A DNA stretch of 64,000 bases from Thermoflexia bacterium (GTDB taxonomy: Bacteria; Chloroflexota; Anaerolineae; B4-G1), in assembly GCA_011192155.1 (NCBI GenBank), contig DUEK01000012.1, forward strand, positions 541 through 64,540, written 5' to 3'. This document shows, piece after piece, positions 10,194 through 18,612 of this stretch; positions within the stretch are counted from its first letter, which is position 1; the number at the start of each line of letters is the position of its first letter. The position numbers were made by a program, and so were the translations under genes. Below the pieces are notes generated by a model, which worked only from the letters and a program-made list of their open reading frames with translations, was not told the DNA's origin and searched no databases.

Positions 10194-10657
10194 AAGGGAC
10201 AGAGCGCGTACAAGGCGCCCTCGAAGCAGCTGGCCTAGAGAGCGCCATCGTAAAACTGGAAAAGAGCGCCCGCACGGCGCAGTTGGCCGCCGACGCGCTC
10301 GGCGCCGCCTTGGGCAGCATCGTCAAATCGCTGATTTTCCTGGCCGATGGGAAGCCGGTGCTGGTGTTGGTGGCGGGCGACCGGCGAGCCGATCCGGCCA
10401 AACTGAAGAGCCTGCTGCAAGCGCGACGGGTGATGATGGCCAACGCCGAGCGCGTGCGCAGTGAGACCGGCTTTAGCATCGGCGGCGTGCCTCCCGTCGG
10501 CCACCGGCAACCACTGCCGGCCTGGATCGACGAATCGCTGGGCCGTTTCGAGACGGTTTATGCAGCGGCGGGCCATCCACGCGCCGTGTTTCCCATTTCC
10601 TTTGATGAACTAGTGCGCGTGACCAACGGACGTGTGGCCGACGTGACAGAGATCTAG
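10190..10657 (+). CDS. YbaK/EbsC family aminoacyl-tRNA deacylase
   Basis: ATGA overlap with the dnaE stop; IVKSLIF, TGFSIGGVPPVGH, YAAAGHP. Confidence 0.88.
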   Translation: MKGTERVQGALEAAGLESAIVKLEKSARTAQLAADALGAALGSIVKSLIFLADGKPVLVLVAGDRRADPAKLKSLLQARRVMMANAERVRSETGFSIGGVPPVGHRQPLPAWIDESLGRFETVYAAAGHPRAVFPISFDELVRVTNGRVADVTEI

Positions 10658-10691
10658 TTTAGCCTCTTGTGGGCGTGAGGAGCTACGAACA

Positions 10692-11405
10692 ATGGGTAAA
10701 TTTCTACGGATCGTCGCCATCATCTCGATGGGATTGACAGCGGTTCAAACATTGCTGGGAGCGATCGGCTCTGTGTGCATCTCGTGGTTCCCAGAAAAGT
10801 ACGAGAGCCTGGTCGTCGTTGCCCCCTACAAAAGCGTCTACCAGATCGCCACCGTGTTTACCTTTGTAGCCGCTTTTATCGGGATTGCGGCTACTGTTGC
10901 CCTGGTACGAGGCAAAAGCTGGGCTTATCGCACTGCCCTGGGCGCTTTGCTCCTAGGAATAGCGACAGCCGGGACAAAAATGTACTTTTCCAACATGCTC
11001 CGGGGCAGCACCGCGCCGACGAATATGCGCTTTTACTTGACGATATTTACACTGATCGTCTTCTTGCTGCTCAGGATACCGGGCGTTTGGGAAAAGGCGG
11101 GTCTAACTCGGTCAGGAAAAGACGGTTCCTCCTCCGCCGCCGCGGGGACAGCGATGCTCCTGGGCGGGCTGCTCTCTCTCACCATACCGATCTGGGCCGG
11201 GCCTAGCCACATTATGGACGGGTATAACCTGGTGCTGGTTCTAAAGATTCCCCTGTTGCTCGGCGGCGGCGCACTGGCGCTGATCGGGATCGGGCTGCTG
11301 ACGAGGGCCGTGTTAAAAAAAACGTCCGCTCCACGCGTATATCAGATGACTGGCTGGCGACGGCGCTCACACCGCAGCCGCCAAGTGGGTGAATTTTCCC
11401 GATAG
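10692..11405 (+). CDS. Multi-pass membrane hypothetical protein
   Basis: GAGGAG RBS and about six hydrophobic segments. Confidence 0.7.
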   Translation: MGKFLRIVAIISMGLTAVQTLLGAIGSVCISWFPEKYESLVVVAPYKSVYQIATVFTFVAAFIGIAATVALVRGKSWAYRTALGALLLGIATAGTKMYFSNMLRGSTAPTNMRFYLTIFTLIVFLLLRIPGVWEKAGLTRSGKDGSSSAAAGTAMLLGGLLSLTIPIWAGPSHIMDGYNLVLVLKIPLLLGGGALALIGIGLLTRAVLKKTSAPRVYQMTGWRRRSHRSRQVGEFSR

Positions 11406-11436
11406 CGCCAAAAACTCCCGGTGTTCTTCATACAGC

Positions 11437-11712
11437 GTAACTGCTCAGGCATAACCGGGAACACAGAGAGGCACAGAGGATGCACAGAGTTTCACGGAGG
11501 AGAAAGACGCAAGTTTGCTTGTCGTGCCAGTTTTCAGCACAGAATACAGCATTTGCTCGCCTTTGGGCGGACGCTCGCCTCTGGGCGGACGCTCGCCTCT
11601 GGGCGGACGTAAGCACAATATCTCCCTATCCTCTCTGTGATTCTTTGTCGGATGCTGTTTATCCGCTTTCTCTGTGTGACTCTGTGTGATGGCTACCTGG
11701 TTGAGCAGTTAC
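11437..11712. mobile_element. MITE family A, copy 2
   Basis: GTAACTGCTCA...TGAGCAGTTAC; 8-bp TSD CATACAGC at 11429-11436 and 11713-11720; three internal 18-bp tandem units. Confidence 0.9.
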
Positions 11713-11792
11713 CATACAGCAAGAAACAGGCATTGATAAGGTTTTGGACTTTTTCCAAAAGCTGTTTCTTAGCAGATAGACGAGGAAAGCAA

Positions 11793-12764
11793 ATGAAACG
11801 CATTGGTGTATTGACAAGCGGCGGAGATAACCCCGGCCTCAACCCCTGCATCCGCGCGGTGGTGCGTATGGGACTTCACCTGGGGCTGGAAGTGATGGGT
11901 ATCCATCGCGGATACGCCGGCCTGATAGACGGCGAAATAGACGAGATGGACGCTCGCTCAGTGGGCGGCATCATCGGACGCGGGGGAACAATTCTGGGCA
12001 CCGCCCGCTGTCCCGAGTTCTACGATCTTCAAGGCCGAAAAGAAGCATTGCGCACACTTAACCGGTTCGGGATAGAGGGCCTGGTAGCCATCGGCGGCAA
12101 CGGTTCCTTGAGCGGCGCGCTGGAGCTGCACCGTATGGGTTTTCCAACCATAGGCATCCCCAGCACCATTGATAACGACGTCAACGGTACCAACATCTCT
12201 ATCGGCGTGGACACGGCGCTGAACACCATTCTGGACGCTATTGACAAGATCAAAGACACGGCCAGTTCCCACAACCGCGCCTTTCTCATTGAGACGATGG
12301 GGCGCGACTCTGGCTACCTGGCGTTGGTGAGCGGCATCACCGGTGGGGCAGAACTAGTATTAATTCCAGAGGAAAAGACGGTGATTGATGATGTCTGCCA
12401 AACGATTGAGGATGCCTACATTCGAGGTAAAACGCACTGTATCATCATCGTCGCCGAGGGATGGGGACCGGGGACGCAAGAATTGGCGAACCAATTGCAG
12501 GAGCGGCAGAATGAGCTTGGTTTTTCGGTGCGCGTCACGCAACTGGGCCACGTCCAGCGGGGCGGTTCTCCCAGCGCTTTCGACCGCTTGCTGGCTACCC
12601 GGCTGGGAGCTGCCGCAGCGCGCGAACTGATCGCCGGGAATGAGGGGCATATGGTCGGATGGGTCCAGAACGACGTCAGGCTCACTCCGTTGGCAGAGGC
12701 GATTGCCTTTGACAAACAAATTGACCGAGATCTGTGCGAGTTGGCAAGGGTGATGGAGAAATAG
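11793..12764 (+). CDS. pfkA: ATP-dependent 6-phosphofructokinase
   Basis: MKRIGVLTSGGD, GGNGS, TIDND, ETMGR, LGHVQRGG; GAGG RBS before ATG 11793. Confidence 0.95.
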   Translation: MKRIGVLTSGGDNPGLNPCIRAVVRMGLHLGLEVMGIHRGYAGLIDGEIDEMDARSVGGIIGRGGTILGTARCPEFYDLQGRKEALRTLNRFGIEGLVAIGGNGSLSGALELHRMGFPTIGIPSTIDNDVNGTNISIGVDTALNTILDAIDKIKDTASSHNRAFLIETMGRDSGYLALVSGITGGAELVLIPEEKTVIDDVCQTIEDAYIRGKTHCIIIVAEGWGPGTQELANQLQERQNELGFSVRVTQLGHVQRGGSPSAFDRLLATRLGAAAARELIAGNEGHMVGWVQNDVRLTPLAEAIAFDKQIDRDLCELARVMEK

Positions 12765-12848
12765 GGAGTAGAGAGCAAGTCTCTCACTTGCTCTCTTTTT
12801 CACTGTAGCGGGTTCCGTCTTTTTGAACCCCGGCTTATTGAAACAATC

Positions 12849-14171
12849 TCACTGCACCAGCCCCAGCCATCCAGCAATCACCCCTCCTGCTCCCACCATA
12901 TTCAGCGCGATGGGCAGCAGCAGAACGCCCATACAGTTCATCCGGCGCGAACCCCAGAGGACGGGGACGAGGCCGATGCCGGTGGCGACCGCACAGATGA
13001 GTAGGCCGCCCCAGCCTGTCATCCCGACGACGATGACGAGCAGCACCGCCAGCGTGCCCAGGCTGATCCAGCGGTAGCTCACTTTGCCCACCAGTTTGAT
13101 CATCACGCGCGTCATCAGCAGGAGCAGGAAAAACGAGAGCACGCCGGTGAGCACCACCGCCGCCGTCGCCGTGTAGTAAGACTGCGGCGTGTAGGATGAC
13201 CACAGACTGCTCAACATCCACGCCATACCGCCCCGCGTCAGGTGCAGCCCCGGCACAAAGAAGAACAGGAATCCGCCCACGTAATAGACTACCTTGGAGG
13301 CCCCTTGCGAGATGATGAACAGCCGGTCGTCCCGCTGGGCGGTGGCGTGCCCGGCGATAAATCCGCCCAAGCCCCCGGTCACGACCGGGAAGAAGGCGGC
13401 GAATAATCCCCCCAGCGCGCCCGCGAACGTCCCGCGCAGGAACAATCCCAGCGTGCTATCCACCGTCTCGGCGATGTGCTGCTCTGGCAGCTCGACCCGC
13501 GAGAGAATGTTTTGCAGAATCCAGGGCACGGCAAAAAGCCCGACAAAGGCCGGGAGCAGGTTTTGATAAGCGACCGTCACCGGCACCAGGCTGCGGTAGA
13601 GCAGGATGAATCCCAAGAGGCCGGAGAGCGTGAAGGTGACCAAGCCCGCCGTGAGCGATTTCCAGCCGTCCCACCAGCGGGCCAGGCCCGCCGGAGCGCG
13701 GTCGGAGCCCTTGGGCCACTCGGAGATGAGCATAAAGGCGATCACGGTCCACAGGATCCAGTGCAGATGGGGTTGCAGGATGGCTCGCAGTGCCGGGAAG
13801 AGGATCGAGGCGACGGGCGTCAGCAACGCCAGCACCGCGATCCCGCCCAGTCCGCCGATGCCGGTCAGCGCCACCGCCTCGTACCCGCGCCGCTGGAGCA
13901 GATACTTTTGCCCGGGCAGGACGACAAATATGGTCGAATCATCGGGGGCGGAGAGAAAGATGCTGGGGATGGTGTTCAGGATGGAGTAGCTGGTGATCAG
14001 GCCCAGGAAGAACATTGCCAGCATTTCGGGCGGCATAAATTTGCCCAGCGTGGCCGAAGCCAGGATGATGAACCCGGCCACGTTATAGATGTGCAGCGCC
14101 GGCACCAGCGCCAGCACCGAGGCGACCAGCGCGCCGCAGACAGCGTAGAGCAAGGGTACGACTACAGTCAT
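12849..14171 (-). CDS. TctA-like (tripartite tricarboxylate transporter / DUF112) permease
   Basis: About 11 TM helices; LVPALH, IPSIFLSAPDD..VLPGQ, LLPAFVGLFAVP resemble TctA-family motifs; ATGA overlap with the upstream gene. Confidence 0.75.
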   Translation of the reverse strand: MTVVVPLLYAVCGALVASVLALVPALHIYNVAGFIILASATLGKFMPPEMLAMFFLGLITSYSILNTIPSIFLSAPDDSTIFVVLPGQKYLLQRRGYEAVALTGIGGLGGIAVLALLTPVASILFPALRAILQPHLHWILWTVIAFMLISEWPKGSDRAPAGLARWWDGWKSLTAGLVTFTLSGLLGFILLYRSLVPVTVAYQNLLPAFVGLFAVPWILQNILSRVELPEQHIAETVDSTLGLFLRGTFAGALGGLFAAFFPVVTGGLGGFIAGHATAQRDDRLFIISQGASKVVYYVGGFLFFFVPGLHLTRGGMAWMLSSLWSSYTPQSYYTATAAVVLTGVLSFFLLLLMTRVMIKLVGKVSYRWISLGTLAVLLVIVVGMTGWGGLLICAVATGIGLVPVLWGSRRMNCMGVLLLPIALNMVGAGGVIAGWLGLVQ

Positions 14172-15853
14172 ATAAGTGTGTGCTCCACTTTTTCTTGGGG
14201 GTGATGTTGTTCTCGCTGCCACACCACGTCACCACCCACAATAGTCATATCTACCTGGATGTCCTTGATCTCCTCGTCAGGCACGGAAAAGTAGTCGCGA
14301 TCCAGCACGATGATGTCAGCCAGCTTGCCTACCTCGATTGTGCCCTTGAGGTGCTCCTCGCGGGTGAGCCACGTGCCGGATACGGTGTATGCTCGCAGAG
14401 CTTCCTCGCGGCTGATCGCTTCTTGAGGCGCGATATGTTGGCCCAGCTTGTTCTTGCGTGTCACCAGGGCGTATAGGGCGATGAAGGGGTTGGCCGATAC
14501 CGTGCTGGTCACGTCGGAGCTGGCGGTCACCACGATGCCCCGATCCAGGTACGTGCGCGCGGGCTTGTAGTTCTGCGCTCGTCGTTCGCCAACGTCGCGG
14601 AAGAGCAGGTCGCCTTCCCAGTAGATAAAGGTGGGCTGGAGTACTGCGGCGATGTTGTACTCGGCCATCTGGTCGAGCGCGCTGGCGGTGGGAAAGTAGC
14701 CGTGGACGATGTTGTGGCGCGCATCGGGACTGGGCATCTCGCGGGCGACCTGAGCAAAGGCGCCCACTGCCATATCCTGGGCGTGGTCGCCGCAGCAGTG
14801 AATGCCCACGTCCCAGCCCAGTTCTTGAGCAGTGCGGAGGTGGCGGTACAGTGCGTCCAACTCGATGCGGTTGAAAGCGACCAACTTGGCATCGCCTTCG
14901 TAAGGCTCGTACATATAGGCCGTGTGCGAGGTGGTGCCGCCGTCAATCGCCATCTTGAGCCCGCCGATGCGCAGCCACTCGTCGCCGAGGCCGCTGTAGA
15001 TGCCCGGCTCCCTGGCGCGGTGGCCTAGCACGTCCTCGCTCTCGTCGTCGTGGAAGCCGTGCCAACTGGGCATCAGGTTGACCCGCAGCGATAGCTCGTT
15101 ATCCTGGTAAAGAGATTGAAAGGCACGCATCTCCAGTGGACGCAGACCCGGCTCGACGATGCTGGTGATGCCAAAACGGTGCATTTCGCGACACGCCAGC
15201 CGCAACGATTGCTTCATCTGCTCCAGCGTCGGTTTGGGGATGAGGCGGCGTACCAGGGTCTTGGCGCTGGCTCGCAGGAGGCCGTTCGGCTCGCCTTTGG
15301 CGTCGCGCTCAATCTTGCCGCCCTTGGGGTCTGGCGTGTGACGATCAATGCCGGCTGCGCGGAGCGCGCGGCTGTTGACCACGTCAATGTTGAAAAAGCG
15401 CATCAGAACCACCGGGTGGTCCGACGTGGCCGGATCGAGGTCGTGACGGGTCGGCAGCCGGCCGTTCCAGTTCCCCTCGTTCCATCCCTGGCCGACGATC
15501 CACTCGCCGGGCGGGGTGTCTCGAGCCTGCTGGCGCACCAGCTCCATCATCTCCTCTGGAGACCGGCACTCGTCCAGGCGGATCGTGGATAGTTTGGCCC
15601 CCACTTCCAGCAGGTGGTTGTGGCTATCGAATATGCCGGGGATGGCGGGCCGTCCGCCGAGGTCAATGTTTCTGGTATGGTCGCCGGCCAGGGTTTTGAT
15701 CTCGGCATTGCCGCCAACGGCCACGATGCGGCCGTCCTTGATCGCCACGGCCTGGGCGGTGGCCCCTGCGGCATCCAGGGTAAAGATTTGGCCGTTGAAC
15801 AGGATTGTGTCTGGAGATAGGTTTTGGATTTTCAACTTGCCCCCCGTCGGCAT
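14168..15853 (-). CDS. Amidohydrolase_3 (YtcJ-like) metal-dependent hydrolase; start uncertain (15853 or 15835)
   Basis: AVAIKDGRIVAVG, PGIFDSHNH, KMAIDG, HCCGD, SSD, GTIEVGKLADIIVLD. Confidence 0.88.
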   Translation of the reverse strand: MPTGGKLKIQNLSPDTILFNGQIFTLDAAGATAQAVAIKDGRIVAVGGNAEIKTLAGDHTRNIDLGGRPAIPGIFDSHNHLLEVGAKLSTIRLDECRSPEEMMELVRQQARDTPPGEWIVGQGWNEGNWNGRLPTRHDLDPATSDHPVVLMRFFNIDVVNSRALRAAGIDRHTPDPKGGKIERDAKGEPNGLLRASAKTLVRRLIPKPTLEQMKQSLRLACREMHRFGITSIVEPGLRPLEMRAFQSLYQDNELSLRVNLMPSWHGFHDDESEDVLGHRAREPGIYSGLGDEWLRIGGLKMAIDGGTTSHTAYMYEPYEGDAKLVAFNRIELDALYRHLRTAQELGWDVGIHCCGDHAQDMAVGAFAQVAREMPSPDARHNIVHGYFPTASALDQMAEYNIAAVLQPTFIYWEGDLLFRDVGERRAQNYKPARTYLDRGIVVTASSDVTSTVSANPFIALYALVTRKNKLGQHIAPQEAISREEALRAYTVSGTWLTREEHLKGTIEVGKLADIIVLDRDYFSVPDEEIKDIQVDMTIVGGDVVWQREQHHPQEKVEHTLI

Positions 15854-15905
15854 TACTGGCGTCAATTTGCCCACTTGCAAACTTGCGACTTGCAGGCTCT
15901 CTTGC

Positions 15906-16799
15906 CTACTCCAACACCACCACATCGTACGGCAGCGTCGGCACCACCTCCAGGTTGCCCTTGTACAGCTCTATCGTGCCGACGACGCGCACGCGACTGC
16001 CGGACGTGCCCAGCGCTGTGTTGTTGGGGATGCGGTCGAGAACGTTCTGGTAGATAAAGACCATCACCTCGCCGCTTCCATCACCGACGAACACCTTGGC
16101 CCAACTTCCTCTGCCCTCCACCCGGATGATCTCTCCCTCGATCATCACCCGTTGCCCCTCGTCGCCGCCGTAGAGCGAGCCGATCTCGCGCTGCGGGGCG
16201 GAAGCGGCCGCGCCCGTGATGGCCTTTACGTCGCCGCCGAAATCCGGCTCGATCTGCAATTCCCCCTCGTACTGGCCGATCTCGCCGCTGGCCCGCACCT
16301 TTGCGCCCAGATTTATCTCGGCTGCGTCCCAGCAATCGTCATAGACGTTGTGCCACATCAGGAGCGTGATTTGCCCCGTGCCGTCGTCCAACGTGAACTT
16401 GAAGCCGGCCTGGAAACTGGCTGTGCCGACCACCGCGCCTTCTACGGTCACTTCCTCCCCGGAGCGGTCGGCCGTGATGCTTCCAATGTCCGTCAGCGTT
16501 ACTTTGGGCGTCGAGGTCGCTGCCGGCGTGGGGGTGAGTGTGGGCGTGGGTGTGTCGACCGGCGTGGGCGTATCCGCCGTGGTTGGCGCCGGTTCAGATG
16601 TGGGTGTGTTGGTGGGCGCTAGTGTCTCGGTCGGTGCGGGCGTATTTGTCGGCGCGGGGGTTGCAGTATCGGCCAGCACCGGCAGTGGTTTGGTGGTAGC
16701 AGTCGCCGCCGGCTGTGACGCGCCTCCGCAACCGGTCACTGTTACTGCCAGTACAATCATAATGGTTACAGATATTTTTCTTTGCATAGCAATCTCCAT
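15906..16799 (-). CDS. Lipoprotein with Thr/Pro linker and two OB folds
   Basis: Lipobox VTGC, long PT repeat, two repeats of V.VEG...DG(T/S)G...Y.G.LE/Q. Confidence 0.8.
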   Translation of the reverse strand: MEIAMQRKISVTIMIVLAVTVTGCGGASQPAATATTKPLPVLADTATPAPTNTPAPTETLAPTNTPTSEPAPTTADTPTPVDTPTPTLTPTPAATSTPKVTLTDIGSITADRSGEEVTVEGAVVGTASFQAGFKFTLDDGTGQITLLMWHNVYDDCWDAAEINLGAKVRASGEIGQYEGELQIEPDFGGDVKAITGAAASAPQREIGSLYGGDEGQRVMIEGEIIRVEGRGSWAKVFVGDGSGEVMVFIYQNVLDRIPNNTALGTSGSRVRVVGTIELYKGNLEVVPTLPYDVVVLE

Positions 16800-16802
16800 T
16801 CT

Positions 16803-18221
16803 CTATCTCTGCTCTTCAATCTTTATCCCATCCGCTTCCGGGATGATCTCTAAATTGCCTTGATACTCTTCGATCTGCCCCACTACCTCGACCCGTGTTC
16901 CGGCGACGAGTTGCCCGGCGTCGGGGATGGCGTCGTAGACGTTCTGCCAAAGCAGCAGGATGATGGCGCCGCTGCTGTCATCGAGGGTGAATTTGACTCC
17001 GGCGGAAAAAGTCTCCATCTCACCCAGCGTGCCCGTCAATCGCAAGGTCTGTTCCACGTCGGCGAAAGTGACGTCGCCGATGGCGCGCGCCTCGATCTCG
17101 TTTTCTTGTGGCTGTGGGGTCTCGGTTGGCGGCGCGATGTTGGATGGAGGAGCGAGCACCCACACATCGTCGGGTAGATTAGGAATCACCTCTAACTCGC
17201 CCCGGTATTCAGAGACTTCTCCCTGCACCTGCACCTCCGCACCGACCCCTGGTCTGGCATCGGCGCTGATTCCATCATAGACATCTTGCCACAGGAGCAC
17301 AGTGATCTCGCCGGTGGTATCATCCAGGGTGAACTTGACGCCGGCGGAAAATGGGTCAACTTTGGTGACGGTACCGCGCACGACGACCAGTTGGCCCACG
17401 TCCTCATCGGTCAGTTCGCCGATCTGTCTCTCGGCGACGACGAGCACCGGCTGGGCGAGCGGCACGACGCCGGCGACGGAGGCGGGGACGAGTTGGGGCG
17501 TATCGCCGTAGAAAGAGACCGCCGCCACGACCTCGACGGGCTGCCCTTTGGGGAGGAGGGGCAGGGGGCTACCGCTGAGAGCGACCAGGTCCTCGCTCAC
17601 GGCGACGGGGATGGAACCGCTCTCGTCGCGGACGGTGATCAGGGTCAATCCATTGTAAGGCTCGTAGGAGCTCTCTACCTCACCCCGCACCCGTACGCGT
17701 AGGTATTGGTCGGTCAGCGTGATAGAGCCGATGGCGCGCTCCACCGGCTCGGCGCGGGTGATCGTTAATTGCTCGGGCACGTTTATGGTGAGCGAGAGAA
17801 AATCTTCCCGGATGCGTAAGGTTCCGGCCACCTCGACCCAGTCGCCCGGCGCTGGTACGCGGCCTTCCTCGACGATCTGTTGCGTCTCCGCGCGGTAGGC
17901 CGAAACGCGGATCTCGCCTGTCTCATCCTCGATCGAGAAACTGAGATACTCCCCTTCAGGATCATACGAGGGAGCGCGGGTGCAACGGCCCTCGATCCGC
18001 ACGTAGGCCATGTTCATCGTCGCGCTGGCTTGGCCGATTTGGACGAGAGGTACCTCGACGCGCGTGGCGGCGAACCAGAGCGCGGCGAGCCCCACGGTGG
18101 CGAGAATGACCGCGACAATCTTGACGGCGCGGATGGACGCACGTCTCGTCAGGCGAGCGCCGCAGTAAGGGCAGGCCTCGTGGGGGCCGGTGTAACGTCC
18201 GCAACTAGGGCATTGGCTCAT
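16803..18221 (-). CDS. Zn-ribbon + TM + four OB-fold membrane protein
   Basis: GGAG RBS, MSQCPSC..CPYC, one TM helix, four repeats containing D(E/D)(T/S)G-type strands. The ORF-track start at 18413 lies in MITE DNA. Confidence 0.8.
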   Translation of the reverse strand: MSQCPSCGRYTGPHEACPYCGARLTRRASIRAVKIVAVILATVGLAALWFAATRVEVPLVQIGQASATMNMAYVRIEGRCTRAPSYDPEGEYLSFSIEDETGEIRVSAYRAETQQIVEEGRVPAPGDWVEVAGTLRIREDFLSLTINVPEQLTITRAEPVERAIGSITLTDQYLRVRVRGEVESSYEPYNGLTLITVRDESGSIPVAVSEDLVALSGSPLPLLPKGQPVEVVAAVSFYGDTPQLVPASVAGVVPLAQPVLVVAERQIGELTDEDVGQLVVVRGTVTKVDPFSAGVKFTLDDTTGEITVLLWQDVYDGISADARPGVGAEVQVQGEVSEYRGELEVIPNLPDDVWVLAPPSNIAPPTETPQPQENEIEARAIGDVTFADVEQTLRLTGTLGEMETFSAGVKFTLDDSSGAIILLLWQNVYDAIPDAGQLVAGTRVEVVGQIEEYQGNLEIIPEADGIKIEEQR

Positions 18222-18251
18222 TCTTGTTCTCCAGCGGTTAGAAAAAGGACA

Positions 18252-18552
18252 GGCTCTGTAGATCCAAATTTCAGACCTCGGAGGTCTCGGAAGGTGATAT
18301 TGGCAGCAAAATTGCTTTTGGTGATTACCCACATATCCAAATATGACTGCATTGACTCTGTTTTCTTTCACCGCAGAGGCCGCAAAGCACGCAGCGAGGA
18401 TCTTTTTGACCATCTCTGCGACCTCTGCGCGCTCGGCGGTGAGATGTGGGTAATCACCAAAATTGCTTAGATTGCGCCCGTTTTTACCGGCAAAGGCGCT
18501 CTCGAGAGACCTCCGAGGTCTTGTTGTCGTAACATTTTGGATCTACTGAGAC
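18252..18552. mobile_element. Outer MITE-like element holding an AGACCTCGGAGGTCT repeat pair and a nested MITE
   Basis: Inverted ends GTAGATCCAAA / TTTGGATCTAC; no TSD resolved. Confidence 0.55.
18318..18460. mobile_element. MITE family B, copy 1
   Basis: 17-bp perfect TIR TTGGTGATTACCCACAT; 8-bp TSD AATTGCTT at 18310-18317 and 18461-18468; close copy at 42827. Confidence 0.88.
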
Positions 18553-18612
18553 TCAGTGAACCATTCCGGAATTGTTGTCATTCTAGTTAGCGCCCAAAAC
18601 CCCTAAAAGCTG

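Noticed and set aside
11556-11609. 18-bp repeats as a CRISPR array
   Set aside because: Head-to-tail units with no spacers, inside a MITE, and no cas genes in the window.
11637-11792. N-terminal extensions in the ORF track (pfkA, 3812, 18413, 20232, 26195, 31498, 54830)
   Set aside because: They run through MITE, terminator or neighbouring-gene DNA; downstream starts have an RBS or start/stop overlap and match family N-termini.
15516-16622. Long antisense or alternate-frame ORFs (also 28819-29910, 45979-46962, 50782-51810, 53084-54214)
   Set aside because: Shadows of well-supported genes in GC-rich DNA, with no motifs of their own.
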